64,000 nt of DNA from Candidatus Oxydemutator sp. (GCA_965203445.1 OZ241883.1:1664001-1728000); one strand, 5' to 3'; shown: positions 50,581 through 58,863, numbered from the stretch's first letter. Notes: generated from the sequence alone by a model not told the origin. Numbers and translations are program-made.

Positions 50581-52125
50581 TTCGGCGACCTTTTGCGCGG
50601 GTATCGAATCGAACAGATCGGGGGTCGGAACCCAGGCGCCGTTCAGATCGTTGGGTTCGAACTTGTCGAGCGAATCGCCGTATTTGCGCATCGAAAGCGA
50701 GACGATGTCTCTGCCCGTTTGCGATGCAAGATAAAGGAAAAGACGCTCGACGTAGCGGCGCCCGAACCCGTTCGGCTGAAAGCCGTGGAAGCAGGTCAGG
50801 TTCAGCGCGTCGCTGCGGTTGAGGACGACTTTGTATCCTCCGCGCGAGAACACCCCCAGCAGCAGAGGAGCGGGGCGCCTTTTTTCGGTCTTGTACCAGG
50901 GCTTGCGGCTTTTCGTCAGATAGCGCTTATGGAAGCCGGCGCCTTCCCCGAAGCGGATGTATCTTTCGGCGCCCTCGGCACGTGCGTCGGTGGCGGAAAA
51001 CAGCAGCACCGGTTTGTCCGCTGCATACAGCGCGTCGTAATCGGCGGCGTCGAACACCGGGCCGCGAATCTGCGCACTTCTGGTAATGCACGGAACGCAC
51101 TCGGATTTCCGGTCTATGCCGCCGGCCTTGCCTCCGGCCTCGGCGTCGGACGGGCGCAGCACAAAAAACTCGTTCGCGCCGGTGGCGATGCCTCTGCCGA
51201 ACCTGCCGAACGTGTCGAGGGTCGTGGCGCGCGCCGGATGGATTTGAAATTCCCGCCGCTGAAAGAAGGGCAGCCATTTGGATGCGGGATCCAGTTGGTT
51301 GCAGGGCACCTCCGAAACCGGTTCCATCTTGTCGAACGCCGCGAGTTCGGCGATGGATCGGGCTGCATAAAATTGCACCGAGGCGTGGGTGGCCGCGTTG
51401 TCGTACAGGATGACGCCTACTGATGTGATCGCGTCCGGGAACACGTCCTTTTCGCAGTCGAGGCGGATAACGGCGAACAGATGGCCGGCGGCAAGAAGCC
51501 GCTCTTTCACTATCGTTCCGTAGCCGGTGTTCAGGAACTCAAGCGGCATGATGTAGGCCATCCGTCCGCGCGGCTCCAGTTCCGACAGCGACTTCAGCAG
51601 GAAGGCCGACGCGACGTTGGTATAGCCTGATAGTCTGAGGCCGAGGCGCCGCCGGAATTCGCCGATTACGGCGTTGCGGTCGGGGAAGTTCTGAAAGCGC
51701 ATATAGGGAGGGTTGCAGACGATATTTGCGTGCCGCCGGCCCCACGACAGCAGGTAATTTTCGACGGCGATGAACGCCGTGCTCGCGCCGGTTTCCCGCT
51801 CCCAGAACTCGACGATGGCGGGGTCGACCTCGAGCGCCGAAAACTCGATGCCGGAGTCGCGCGGGATCGCATCGCAAAACGCGCCCAGGCCGAAGGCCGG
51901 ATCGAACAGCGACTTTTGCCCGGAAGCAAGCACCCAACGCACCATGAACCCGGCGACCCCCGGAGGGGTAAAAAACTGCCCGAGCGCTTTGCGGTGGCTT
52001 GCGTCGAGCCGCGACACGTCCGGCGTTCTATGCACCGCGCCGCCGGACGGCGCCGCTTGGCCGGCATTGCGATCCGGGGTGTGGGCAGTGGAAAGGATGG
52101 GCGGGTTCAGGTCGGGAGAAGGCAA
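50473..52125 (-). CDS. N6-adenine DNA methyltransferase, gamma class (Eco57I/TaqI/AccI-like), orphan
   Basis: GQFFTP, FDPAFGLG (SAM binding), NPPY, GRGIATGANEFF, KFEPNDLN; true start may be GTG at 52035. Confidence 0.88.
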   Translation of the reverse strand: MPSPDLNPPILSTAHTPDRNAGQAAPSGGAVHRTPDVSRLDASHRKALGQFFTPPGVAGFMVRWVLASGQKSLFDPAFGLGAFCDAIPRDSGIEFSALEVDPAIVEFWERETGASTAFIAVENYLLSWGRRHANIVCNPPYMRFQNFPDRNAVIGEFRRRLGLRLSGYTNVASAFLLKSLSELEPRGRMAYIMPLEFLNTGYGTIVKERLLAAGHLFAVIRLDCEKDVFPDAITSVGVILYDNAATHASVQFYAARSIAELAAFDKMEPVSEVPCNQLDPASKWLPFFQRREFQIHPARATTLDTFGRFGRGIATGANEFFVLRPSDAEAGGKAGGIDRKSECVPCITRSAQIRGPVFDAADYDALYAADKPVLLFSATDARAEGAERYIRFGEGAGFHKRYLTKSRKPWYKTEKRRPAPLLLGVFSRGGYKVVLNRSDALNLTCFHGFQPNGFGRRYVERLFLYLASQTGRDIVSLSMRKYGDSLDKFEPNDLNGAWVPTPDLFDSIPAQKVAEAMAATLETGAPPQWFEAFFAPLKIPGQAGPNPRRR

Positions 52126-52376
52126 AGGAGGACTGCTACGAGCAACGCGCTTTGGATGGCGAGAACCCCAAAGAGGGAATTTTGCCCGCTCTCCAGCTTG
52201 GCCAATTTTTCCCTGATGTCGGCGAGTTCGACCTGGAGGGGCGCGAGTTCGGTCCGGAGGATCGGCCGGGTAACCATCTCATTCTTCTGGGCGATGGAGT
52301 CCGCCGCCGCCTTCGCCTGTTCCTCGGTGACGTCGGGGATCCGTCTGAAGATCTGATATAGATCTATCGTGCTCAT
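52107..52376 (-). CDS. Small coiled-coil membrane protein (mini CCDC90/DUF1640-like)
   Basis: Head IDLYQIF..VTEEQAKAAA, MVTR neck, short coiled coil, C-terminal hydrophobic helix; TATAAT 8 nt before the ATG. Confidence 0.6.
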   Translation of the reverse strand: MSTIDLYQIFRRIPDVTEEQAKAAADSIAQKNEMVTRPILRTELAPLQVELADIREKLAKLESGQNSLFGVLAIQSALLVAVLLCLLPT

Positions 52377-52492
52377 GGGCAAGGATTATAGCAGGCGGGG
52401 CAGGCAGGGACGCCTCCGCACGTCGGCGCGTCAAACCAGAGCACAAATGTCCCGTTGCCGGCAGCGCCCGGCGCTTGTGCTATTCTGCGACG

Positions 52493-53140
52493 ATGACATC
52501 GGCGGAAGTGGATCAAGGCGCGTTTGATTTTCGGCCCGAGAGCAGGTCGCCGCTCGCCGCGCGCGGCGACGCTCCGCCGCAACCGCCCATCCCCGGCCTG
52601 CACTACTTTCCGGCGTTCCTCGACGACCAGCAGCAGAGGAGCGCGATCAGGCAGATAGACCGGTCGGCGTGGCTGACCGATCTGGAGCGGCGCGTGCAGC
52701 ATTACGGATGGCGCTACGACTACCGCGCCCGCACGATAGACCGGAGTATGCGGATCGGGCCGCTGCCCGAGTGGCTGGCGGAGATCGCCGCCTCGCTGCA
52801 TGAGCGCACCGGGCTGTTCGACGGCGTGCCGAACCAGGCCATCGTCAACGAGTACGAACCGGGACAAGGCATTGCGATGCACGCCGACCGGCAATGCTTC
52901 GGCCCGGCCGTCGCCACCGTATCGCTGGGCGACGACTGGACGATGGACTTTCGCGCCGTCGGCGGCAAACAAAAGGCGCAGATGCTGCTTGTGCGCGGCT
53001 CGGCCCTGGTGCTCACCGGAGAAGCCAGAAACCACTGGCTCCACGGCATCGCCAAACGCAAATCCGAAACCACCGCCTCAACCCCAAGACCAAGAACACG
53101 CCGCCTGTCGCTGACCTTCCGAACGGCGGATTTCGCATGA
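52493..53140 (+). CDS. AlkB-family 2OG-Fe(II) dioxygenase
   Basis: RRVQHYGWRYDY, NQAIVNEYEPGQGIAMHAD (HxD), WLHGI, RLSLTFR. Confidence 0.9.
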   Translation: MTSAEVDQGAFDFRPESRSPLAARGDAPPQPPIPGLHYFPAFLDDQQQRSAIRQIDRSAWLTDLERRVQHYGWRYDYRARTIDRSMRIGPLPEWLAEIAASLHERTGLFDGVPNQAIVNEYEPGQGIAMHADRQCFGPAVATVSLGDDWTMDFRAVGGKQKAQMLLVRGSALVLTGEARNHWLHGIAKRKSETTASTPRPRTRRLSLTFRTADFA

Positions 53141-53268
53141 CCGAAAGCAGGCGCATTGTATGCCTTGCGAATTCCCGGAAGCTGGCGGGTCGCTGTATCG
53201 CGGGCCGCGAGTGGAGCGAGGAGCGGGGAGCAGGGTGCTGGATTCGGCCGGCCTCGAATGCGGACTAA
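53137..53268 (+). pseudogene. Truncated dual-OB-domain protein (N-terminal 43 aa only)
   Basis: IVCLANSRKLAGRCIAG..WIRP resembles the family N-terminus; ATGA-coupled to alkB; stops early. Confidence 0.7.
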
Positions 53269-53287
53269 CGTCGGTTGGGCGGCGGAT

Positions 53288-53905
53288 ATGATGAACCATC
53301 CGATTTTTACCGTTGGTCATTCCAATCACTCGCTGGAGGACTTTCTGGCGTTGTTGTCGAAGCATCGGGTAACGGCCGTGGCCGACGTGCGCTCGGTGCC
53401 GTGGAGTCGTTACAACTCTCATTTCAACCGCGACGCGCTGGCCGCGGCGCTGAAGGCCGAGGGTGTCCATTACGTCTATCTTGGGCACGTGCTTGGCGGG
53501 CGTCCGCAAGATCCGTCCCTGTATGACGACGGCGGGCGTGTCCGTTATGAGCGGGTCGTCGAAACGAGCGATTTTCGGGACGGCGTTGCGCGCGTCGTCG
53601 GCGGCGCCGCGGAACATCGCATTGCGCTGATGTGCGCGGAGAAGGAGCCGCTGGACTGTCACCGGACGCATCTGGTCGCGCGGGCGCTTGCTGCCGAAGG
53701 CGTCGAGGTGGTGCACATCCTGGCCGACGGCGCGCTCGAACGGCACGCGGCGACGATGGAGCGATTGACCGCGGATGCGGGCGGCAGGCCGGATGAGGAC
53801 TTGTTTCCCGAGGAACTGATCGAGGAGACGGCGAAGAAGCGCGCCCGGCGCATCGCCTATGCCGGCGGCGATCACGCACCGGAAGCGGGACCGAAAGGGC
53901 GATGA
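53288..53905 (+). CDS. DUF488 family protein 1
   Basis: IFTVGHSNH, DVRSVPWS, LGGRP, LMCAEKEPLDCHR. Confidence 0.88.
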   Translation: MMNHPIFTVGHSNHSLEDFLALLSKHRVTAVADVRSVPWSRYNSHFNRDALAAALKAEGVHYVYLGHVLGGRPQDPSLYDDGGRVRYERVVETSDFRDGVARVVGGAAEHRIALMCAEKEPLDCHRTHLVARALAAEGVEVVHILADGALERHAATMERLTADAGGRPDEDLFPEELIEETAKKRARRIAYAGGDHAPEAGPKGR

Positions 53906-54366
53906 AACTGTCCACCATCGGCTTCACTAAAAAATCCGCGCGCCGGTTTTTCGAGTTGCTCAGGGCTTCGGGCGTCAAGCGCGTGGTCGACGTGAGATTG
54001 AACAATGGTTCGCAGCTCGCCGGTTTTGCCAAGAGGGATGACCTCGCGTGGTTCCTCGACGAGATTTGCGGCATCGAGTACGTCCACCTGCCGAGTCTCG
54101 CGCCCACCGCGGACATACTCGGCGACTACCGGAAGAAGCGCATCGGCTGGGGCACCTGTGAAGACCGCTTTTTGGAGCTGATGCGCGAGCGGCGGATCGA
54201 GGAGACGATCCCCAAAAAAGTCTTGAACGGGGGCTGCCTGCTGTGCAGCGAGGATCAGCCCCACCACTGCCACCGCCGCTTGGTCGCCGAATATCTGAAC
54301 GCGCACTGGGGCGACGTCGAGATCGAGCATCTGGGGATGAAGGGCCCCGAAGGAACCGGCACGTGA
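53902..54366 (+). CDS. DUF488 family protein 2
   Basis: TIGFTKKSA, DVRLNNGSQLAGFAK, LLCSEDQPHHCHRRLVAEYL; ATGA overlap. Confidence 0.88.
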   Translation: MKLSTIGFTKKSARRFFELLRASGVKRVVDVRLNNGSQLAGFAKRDDLAWFLDEICGIEYVHLPSLAPTADILGDYRKKRIGWGTCEDRFLELMRERRIEETIPKKVLNGGCLLCSEDQPHHCHRRLVAEYLNAHWGDVEIEHLGMKGPEGTGT

Positions 54367-54370
54367 TCGC

Positions 54371-55144
54371 GTGATAAGGCGCGGCGATGTTCCAGGCACG
54401 CCGGTCGCGCGACCGACCCCGGATCGAGTCGCCGACACCGTCCGCTTCTACGAGATCATGCGCCGGATAGAGGCCGGCGTCGGCGGCTGCCGGCGGCTTG
54501 CCGAATGCACGGGTCGCATGGACTGGCCGCGGCGGGGTGCGTACTTCTTCTTCGAGGCCGGCGAGGCGCGCGCCGCGTCGGGCAGCGGCGGTCGCATCGT
54601 GCGCGTCGGTACCCACGCGCTGAGAAGCCAGGCGTACACCATGTTGTGGAATCGGCTTAAAGGTCATCGCGGCGTCGCCAACGGCGGCGGCAATCATCGA
54701 GGCTCGATCTTCCGTCTGCTCGTCGGTCGGGCGTTGGCCGGTCGCGGCGATTGTCCTCTGCCGTGCTCCTGGGGAATCGGTGGCTCTCCTGGTGAGGCGG
54801 CGCGCCGGCTGGGGCTTCCATCAAGTGCCGCGGTAAAGAACGCGGAAGCGGACCTGGAACGGCGCGTCAGCGACACTATCGGCCAAATGCCCTTCCTGTG
54901 GCTGAACGTGCCGGATGCGCCGGGCCCGAAAAGTGCCCGCGGATACATCGAACGCAACGCCATCGCGCTGTTAAGCCACGCGCGCACGCCCGCCGCGGAC
55001 CGTCCCTCTCCCGACTGGCTTGGGAGCCACAGCGACCGGCCGAAGGTGCGTGCCTCGGGGTTGTGGAACAGCGACCACGTAGAGGAAGACTATGACGCGG
55101 CTTTCCTGGATGAGGTGGCCGCATTGGTGAAAGCCTGGCCGTAA
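54371..55144 (+). CDS. Conserved hypothetical protein, possible GIY-YIG-like nuclease
   Basis: GAYFFF..IVRVG..L..RL..H..GGNHRGSIFR..IERNAI pattern resembles GIY-YIG spacing. Confidence 0.5.
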   Translation: MIRRGDVPGTPVARPTPDRVADTVRFYEIMRRIEAGVGGCRRLAECTGRMDWPRRGAYFFFEAGEARAASGSGGRIVRVGTHALRSQAYTMLWNRLKGHRGVANGGGNHRGSIFRLLVGRALAGRGDCPLPCSWGIGGSPGEAARRLGLPSSAAVKNAEADLERRVSDTIGQMPFLWLNVPDAPGPKSARGYIERNAIALLSHARTPAADRPSPDWLGSHSDRPKVRASGLWNSDHVEEDYDAAFLDEVAALVKAWP

Positions 55145-55208
55145 AACGAAGGCCCCCGGCCATCTCCCGGAGGGAGAGGGAGGATAAAGAGGCAGCGGGA
55201 GAAGTTGT

Positions 55209-55242
55209 CCGCAGGCCCGTGATGTAACCCTCTCCCCCTAGG
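55209..55242 (+). repeat. 34-bp direct repeat, copy 1 (copy 2 at 56113-56146)
   Basis: ccgcaggcccgt-gatgtaa-ccctctccccctagg versus ccgcaggcccgt-aacgtag-ccctctccccctagg, 3 mismatches. Confidence 0.85.
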
Positions 55243-55936
55243 AGAGGGTGGGCCGATGTCGACGCCTCGGCAGGTAGCGCAGGTGGCTTACGTCGGCGTG
55301 CACCCGCTGGCCGCCCGGGCGCAGCACCGCGTAGCCGTACTGGTGCGCCAATGCCAGCGCGTCCCTTTGTGCGATTATGCACGCCATCGCCGGCGCCAGC
55401 GTATTGTCGTCGTATTCGCGCATGAGACGCCGAAAGTTGGGCAGCGTCCACTCGCGCATCCGCTCGACGTCCTCGCAGCGCAGTTTGTGCTTGACCTCGA
55501 TGACCGCGACGACCTCGCCGTTCATCATCAGGATGTCAAACTCGCCTTCTCGGCCGCGACGGCTGACTCTGACGTTGGCGCGGACGTACTCGAACTCCAG
55601 GTCGCCGAGGCGCGGTTCCTTGTTCAATGCCCGGAAGAAGAACTCCTCGGTGGCGCTTCCCCGGGTGTTGGTTATACCGCCGATTTCCTTGTACATTTCG
55701 CGCTTGGCTTCGGCCGCTTTCGCGATTGCTTTTTGGAGTTTTTTGTTGGCCGCCTTGTTAGCCGCCTCGGACTCGGCGTGTCGCTTATCAGCCACGGCGC
55801 GCCACGCCTCCGCTTTGGCGCGCCACTTATCCAATTCGGCGCGCCATGCATCCAATTCGGCACGCCACGCGGCCGCCTCGGCGTTGCTTTTGGCAATTTG
55901 TTCGAGACTCCGTTTTACTGATTCGAGTTCGTTCAT
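55238..55936 (-). CDS. Coiled-coil + PD-(D/E)XK nuclease-like protein, paralog 3
   Basis: WRAELD heptads; EEFF..EFDILMMNG..VIEVKHKL; homologous to 12995-13882. Confidence 0.75.
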   Translation of the reverse strand: MNELESVKRSLEQIAKSNAEAAAWRAELDAWRAELDKWRAKAEAWRAVADKRHAESEAANKAANKKLQKAIAKAAEAKREMYKEIGGITNTRGSATEEFFFRALNKEPRLGDLEFEYVRANVRVSRRGREGEFDILMMNGEVVAVIEVKHKLRCEDVERMREWTLPNFRRLMREYDDNTLAPAMACIIAQRDALALAHQYGYAVLRPGGQRVHADVSHLRYLPRRRHRPTLS

Positions 55937-56112
55937 GGCCGTCATTGTACGCCCGTACGCGCGGTGCGCAAGCGGACAAAATCGAAAATCGAGGGTAAAA
56001 ACAGCCAAGTCGTTGGCATGTTCGGCAAATAAACCTGACGAACGGTTTTGCCCGAACAGGAAACCCTGCTCCCCCTCCCAAAGGGATAGGGAGCAAGGAG
56101 TGGGAAAGAGGA

Positions 56113-56146
56113 CCGCAGGCCCGTAACGTAGCCCTCTCCCCCTAGG
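56113..56146 (+). repeat. 34-bp direct repeat, copy 2
   Basis: Matches 55209-55242. Confidence 0.85.
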
Positions 56147-56211
56147 GGAAGGCGGGCGGAACCTATGCTATTCTGGGGAATTATATACATGACACCACCA
56201 GACGAGATTGA

Positions 56212-57432
56212 ATGAAGACACACCGAACAATCAGATACCGTTTGCATCCGCAGACACGGGCCAAGGCCCGCAAGTTGGCGGGTTTGGCGGGTGCGTGCAG
56301 GTTTGCGTGGAATCATTTCGTGGGTAAGTTGCGGGATGAGTATGCCGAGGACGGCGAGCGTGATTACCGGTTTTATTCGCTTGGTAAGAGGTTCACAGCG
56401 TTGCGAAGGGATGACGCCACGTGGTTGCAGGAGTACTCCATGGCAATAGTGCGCCAGGCGTTGAAGCCGATAGAGACTGCATACAGGCAATTCTTCAAGA
56501 AGGAGGGCGGCCTGCCGAGGTTTCACGCCAAGTATGTCCGCCCGGATAGTTTCCCGTTATGCGCCGGCGCATTCCGTATGCGCGGGCGCTATCTGTACAT
56601 CGCCAAGGTTGGCGAGGTGCTGCTACTTGGCCACAATCCCTATCCGGACGGCGTGCCCAAGTCGGGCACGGTCAAGCGGGAATGCGGCAGGTGGTATGCG
56701 TATATCACGTACGAAGTGGAACAATCCGAAGCATTGAAACCTGTAAGAGAAGTCGGCATAGACCGCAACGTCGGTCAGGTAACATTATCCGACGGGACGA
56801 TGTATCGTATGCCGGATACGGCAAAACATGAACGTCGCGTCAGGCGTTATCAGAAGAAGATGGCCAGGCGTCAGAGGCCGAACCACAAGAAGGGGATCAA
56901 GGCGTCGAACCGATGGCTACGCGCACAGTTGCTTCACCAGAAGGCACAGGCCACGTTGCGACACGTCAGACGGAATTGGTGCCATGGCGTATCAAGGCAA
57001 GTAGCTGATAAATACTCCCTTGTGCACCTGGAGCAGTTGAACAATCCAGGGATGACAAGAAGCGCCAAGGGAACAAAGGAGAAACCCGGAACCAGCGTTC
57101 GCGCGAAGACCGGACTGAACCGCGTGATCCTGGCGTCATGCTGGGGCAAGTTTCACCAGTGCCTGGACTACAAGACGAATACGAATTACATAAACCCCGC
57201 ATACACAAGTCAGACGTGCAATAAATGTGGGAACGTAGATAAAGAAAACAGAAAGACGCAGGCGGCGTTTATTTGCACCGCTTGCGGTCATCGGGACAAT
57301 GCGGATGTAAATGCCGCATTGAATATATTGGCCCTCGGGAATAGGGCTGCTGGACGTGGAGGCGGCGAGGTTACTTGGCCCATGAAGCGTCAAATGGATA
57401 CACGGCACCACTTGGTGGTGTCATGTATATAA
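56212..57432 (+). CDS. tnpB: RNA-guided endonuclease TnpB
   Basis: YRLHP..GACRFAWN, LPRFH, RuvC-I GIDRN, RuvC-II HLEQL, Zn finger CNKC/CTAC, RuvC-III NADVNAALNI. Confidence 0.93.
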   Translation: MKTHRTIRYRLHPQTRAKARKLAGLAGACRFAWNHFVGKLRDEYAEDGERDYRFYSLGKRFTALRRDDATWLQEYSMAIVRQALKPIETAYRQFFKKEGGLPRFHAKYVRPDSFPLCAGAFRMRGRYLYIAKVGEVLLLGHNPYPDGVPKSGTVKRECGRWYAYITYEVEQSEALKPVREVGIDRNVGQVTLSDGTMYRMPDTAKHERRVRRYQKKMARRQRPNHKKGIKASNRWLRAQLLHQKAQATLRHVRRNWCHGVSRQVADKYSLVHLEQLNNPGMTRSAKGTKEKPGTSVRAKTGLNRVILASCWGKFHQCLDYKTNTNYINPAYTSQTCNKCGNVDKENRKTQAAFICTACGHRDNADVNAALNILALGNRAAGRGGGEVTWPMKRQMDTRHHLVVSCI

Positions 57433-57437
57433 TTCCC
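57340..57437 (+). ncRNA. Putative omegaRNA (reRNA) scaffold overlapping the tnpB 3' end; 5' limit uncertain
   Basis: Expected position for TnpB; terminal hairpin 57398-57428 (14-bp stem with one mismatch and one G-U). Confidence 0.5.
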
Positions 57438-57450
57438 CTATTCTGAAACG

Positions 57451-58806
57451 ATGTTTGATCACGTTGCCGGGCGCCTGACGGCGCTTGCCGAGCGCCTGCG
57501 CGGCGAGGTGCGGCTTACCGAGGACAATATCGCGGACACGTTGCGCGAGGTGCGCGCGGCGTTGCTCGAGGCCGACGTCGCGGTGTCGGTGGTCGGCGAT
57601 TTCATCGAGACGGTGCGCGGGCGCGCGCTCGGCGCCGAAGTGAACCGCAGTCTGACGCCCGGCCAGGCGCTGATCAAACTGGTGCGCGAGGAGTTGACCG
57701 CGCTGATGGGCGGCGCGTGTGCGACGCTCGCGCTCAACGTGCAACCGCCGGCGGTGGTGCTGCTCGCCGGCCTGCAAGGCGCCGGCAAGACGACGACCGC
57801 GGCCAAACTCGCGCTCCATCTGCGCGAAAAGAAAAAATCGGTCGCGCTGGTCAGTTGCGACGTCCATCGCCCGGCCGCGATCGAGCAGCTGGCGCAACTC
57901 GCGCGGCAGTGCGACGCCGCATGCTACCCGACCGACGCCGCGGCGCCGCCGGTGGTCGCGGCGCGCGCCGCGCTCGAACGCGCGCGCCTCGATTTTCAGG
58001 ACGTGTTGATCGTGGATACCGCGGGCCGCCTGCACGTGGACGACGCGATGATGGACGAGATCAGGGAGTTGCACGCGGCGTTGTCGCCGGTCGAGGTATT
58101 GTTCGTCGTGGACGCGATGACCGGGCAGGACGCGGTGGTCGCGGCGCGCGCCTTCGGCGAGGCGCTGCCGCTGACCGGCGTCATTCTGACCAAGGCCGAC
58201 GGCGACGCGCGCGGCGGCGCCGCGTTGTCGGTGCGCGCCGTGACCGGCAAGCCGATCAAGATGATCGGCGTCGGCGAGAAACTCGACCGGCTGGAACCGT
58301 TTTATCCGGAGCGCATAGCGTCGCGCATCCTCGGCATGGGCGAGATCGAGAGTCTGATAGATCAGATTGAGAGCAAAAGCGACGCCAAAAAGACGCGCAA
58401 ACTCGCCGCCAAGATCAAAAAGCGCAAGGGTCTCGACCTCGAGGACGTGCGCGATCAGCTGCGTCAGATGCAGGACATGGGCGGCGTCGCCGGGCTGCTC
58501 GACAAACTCCCCGCGGCGATGGTCGGCAAGGTCGCGGCCAAGGCCGATACCGCGTTTGGCGACCGCCAGACCAAGGCCATGGTGGCCGTCATAGATTCGA
58601 TGACGCCGCAGGAGCGCCGTCGCCCCGAGATCCTGAACGGCTCGCGCAAAAAACGCATAGCCGCCGGTTCCGGCACCTGTATCCAGGACGTCAACCGCGT
58701 GCTGAAGCAGCACAAGACGCTGCAAAAGACGATGAAGAAGTTCGGCCGCGGCGGCGCCCGCCAGATGATGCGCGGGCTGGGGGGAGGGCCCTTTCCCGGC
58801 CGCTGA
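57451..58806 (+). CDS. ffh: Signal recognition particle protein
   Basis: [39 protein letters not shown]. Confidence 0.97.
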   Translation: MFDHVAGRLTALAERLRGEVRLTEDNIADTLREVRAALLEADVAVSVVGDFIETVRGRALGAEVNRSLTPGQALIKLVREELTALMGGACATLALNVQPPAVVLLAGLQGAGKTTTAAKLALHLREKKKSVALVSCDVHRPAAIEQLAQLARQCDAACYPTDAAAPPVVAARAALERARLDFQDVLIVDTAGRLHVDDAMMDEIRELHAALSPVEVLFVVDAMTGQDAVVAARAFGEALPLTGVILTKADGDARGGAALSVRAVTGKPIKMIGVGEKLDRLEPFYPERIASRILGMGEIESLIDQIESKSDAKKTRKLAAKIKKRKGLDLEDVRDQLRQMQDMGGVAGLLDKLPAAMVGKVAAKADTAFGDRQTKAMVAVIDSMTPQERRRPEILNGSRKKRIAAGSGTCIQDVNRVLKQHKTLQKTMKKFGRGGARQMMRGLGGGPFPGR

Positions 58807-58863
58807 AAGTCGGGGTAGTTCAGTGCGCCGCAGGGTTGCCCTGCCGCCCGGCGCCCCAAGCAA

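Larger units (their letters stand above)
56176..57437 (+). mobile_element. Non-autonomous TIR element carrying only tnpB; 25-bp perfect TIRs and 8-bp TSD (IS1595-like ends)
   Basis: Left TIR GGGAATTATATACATGACACCACCA at 56176-56200; exact reverse complement at 57413-57437; CTATTCTG at 56168-56175 and 57438-57445; visibly more AT-rich than the host. Confidence 0.92.
12809..57450. mobile_element. Composite accessory island between ypjD and ffh
   Basis: ypjD and ffh are normally adjacent and divergent; the interval holds only accessory genes, repeats, an MTase and tnpB; no integrase seen. Confidence 0.7.

Noticed and set aside
56212-57432. Cas12f CRISPR effector or autonomous IS605 element
   Set aside because: No CRISPR array, cas genes or tnpA nearby.
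56169-57444. Alternative boundary reading: 26-bp TIR with 6-bp TSD TATTCT
   Set aside because: Formally possible, but the 25-bp TIR reading explains the full 8-bp identity CTATTCTG and fits IS1595-type ends better.
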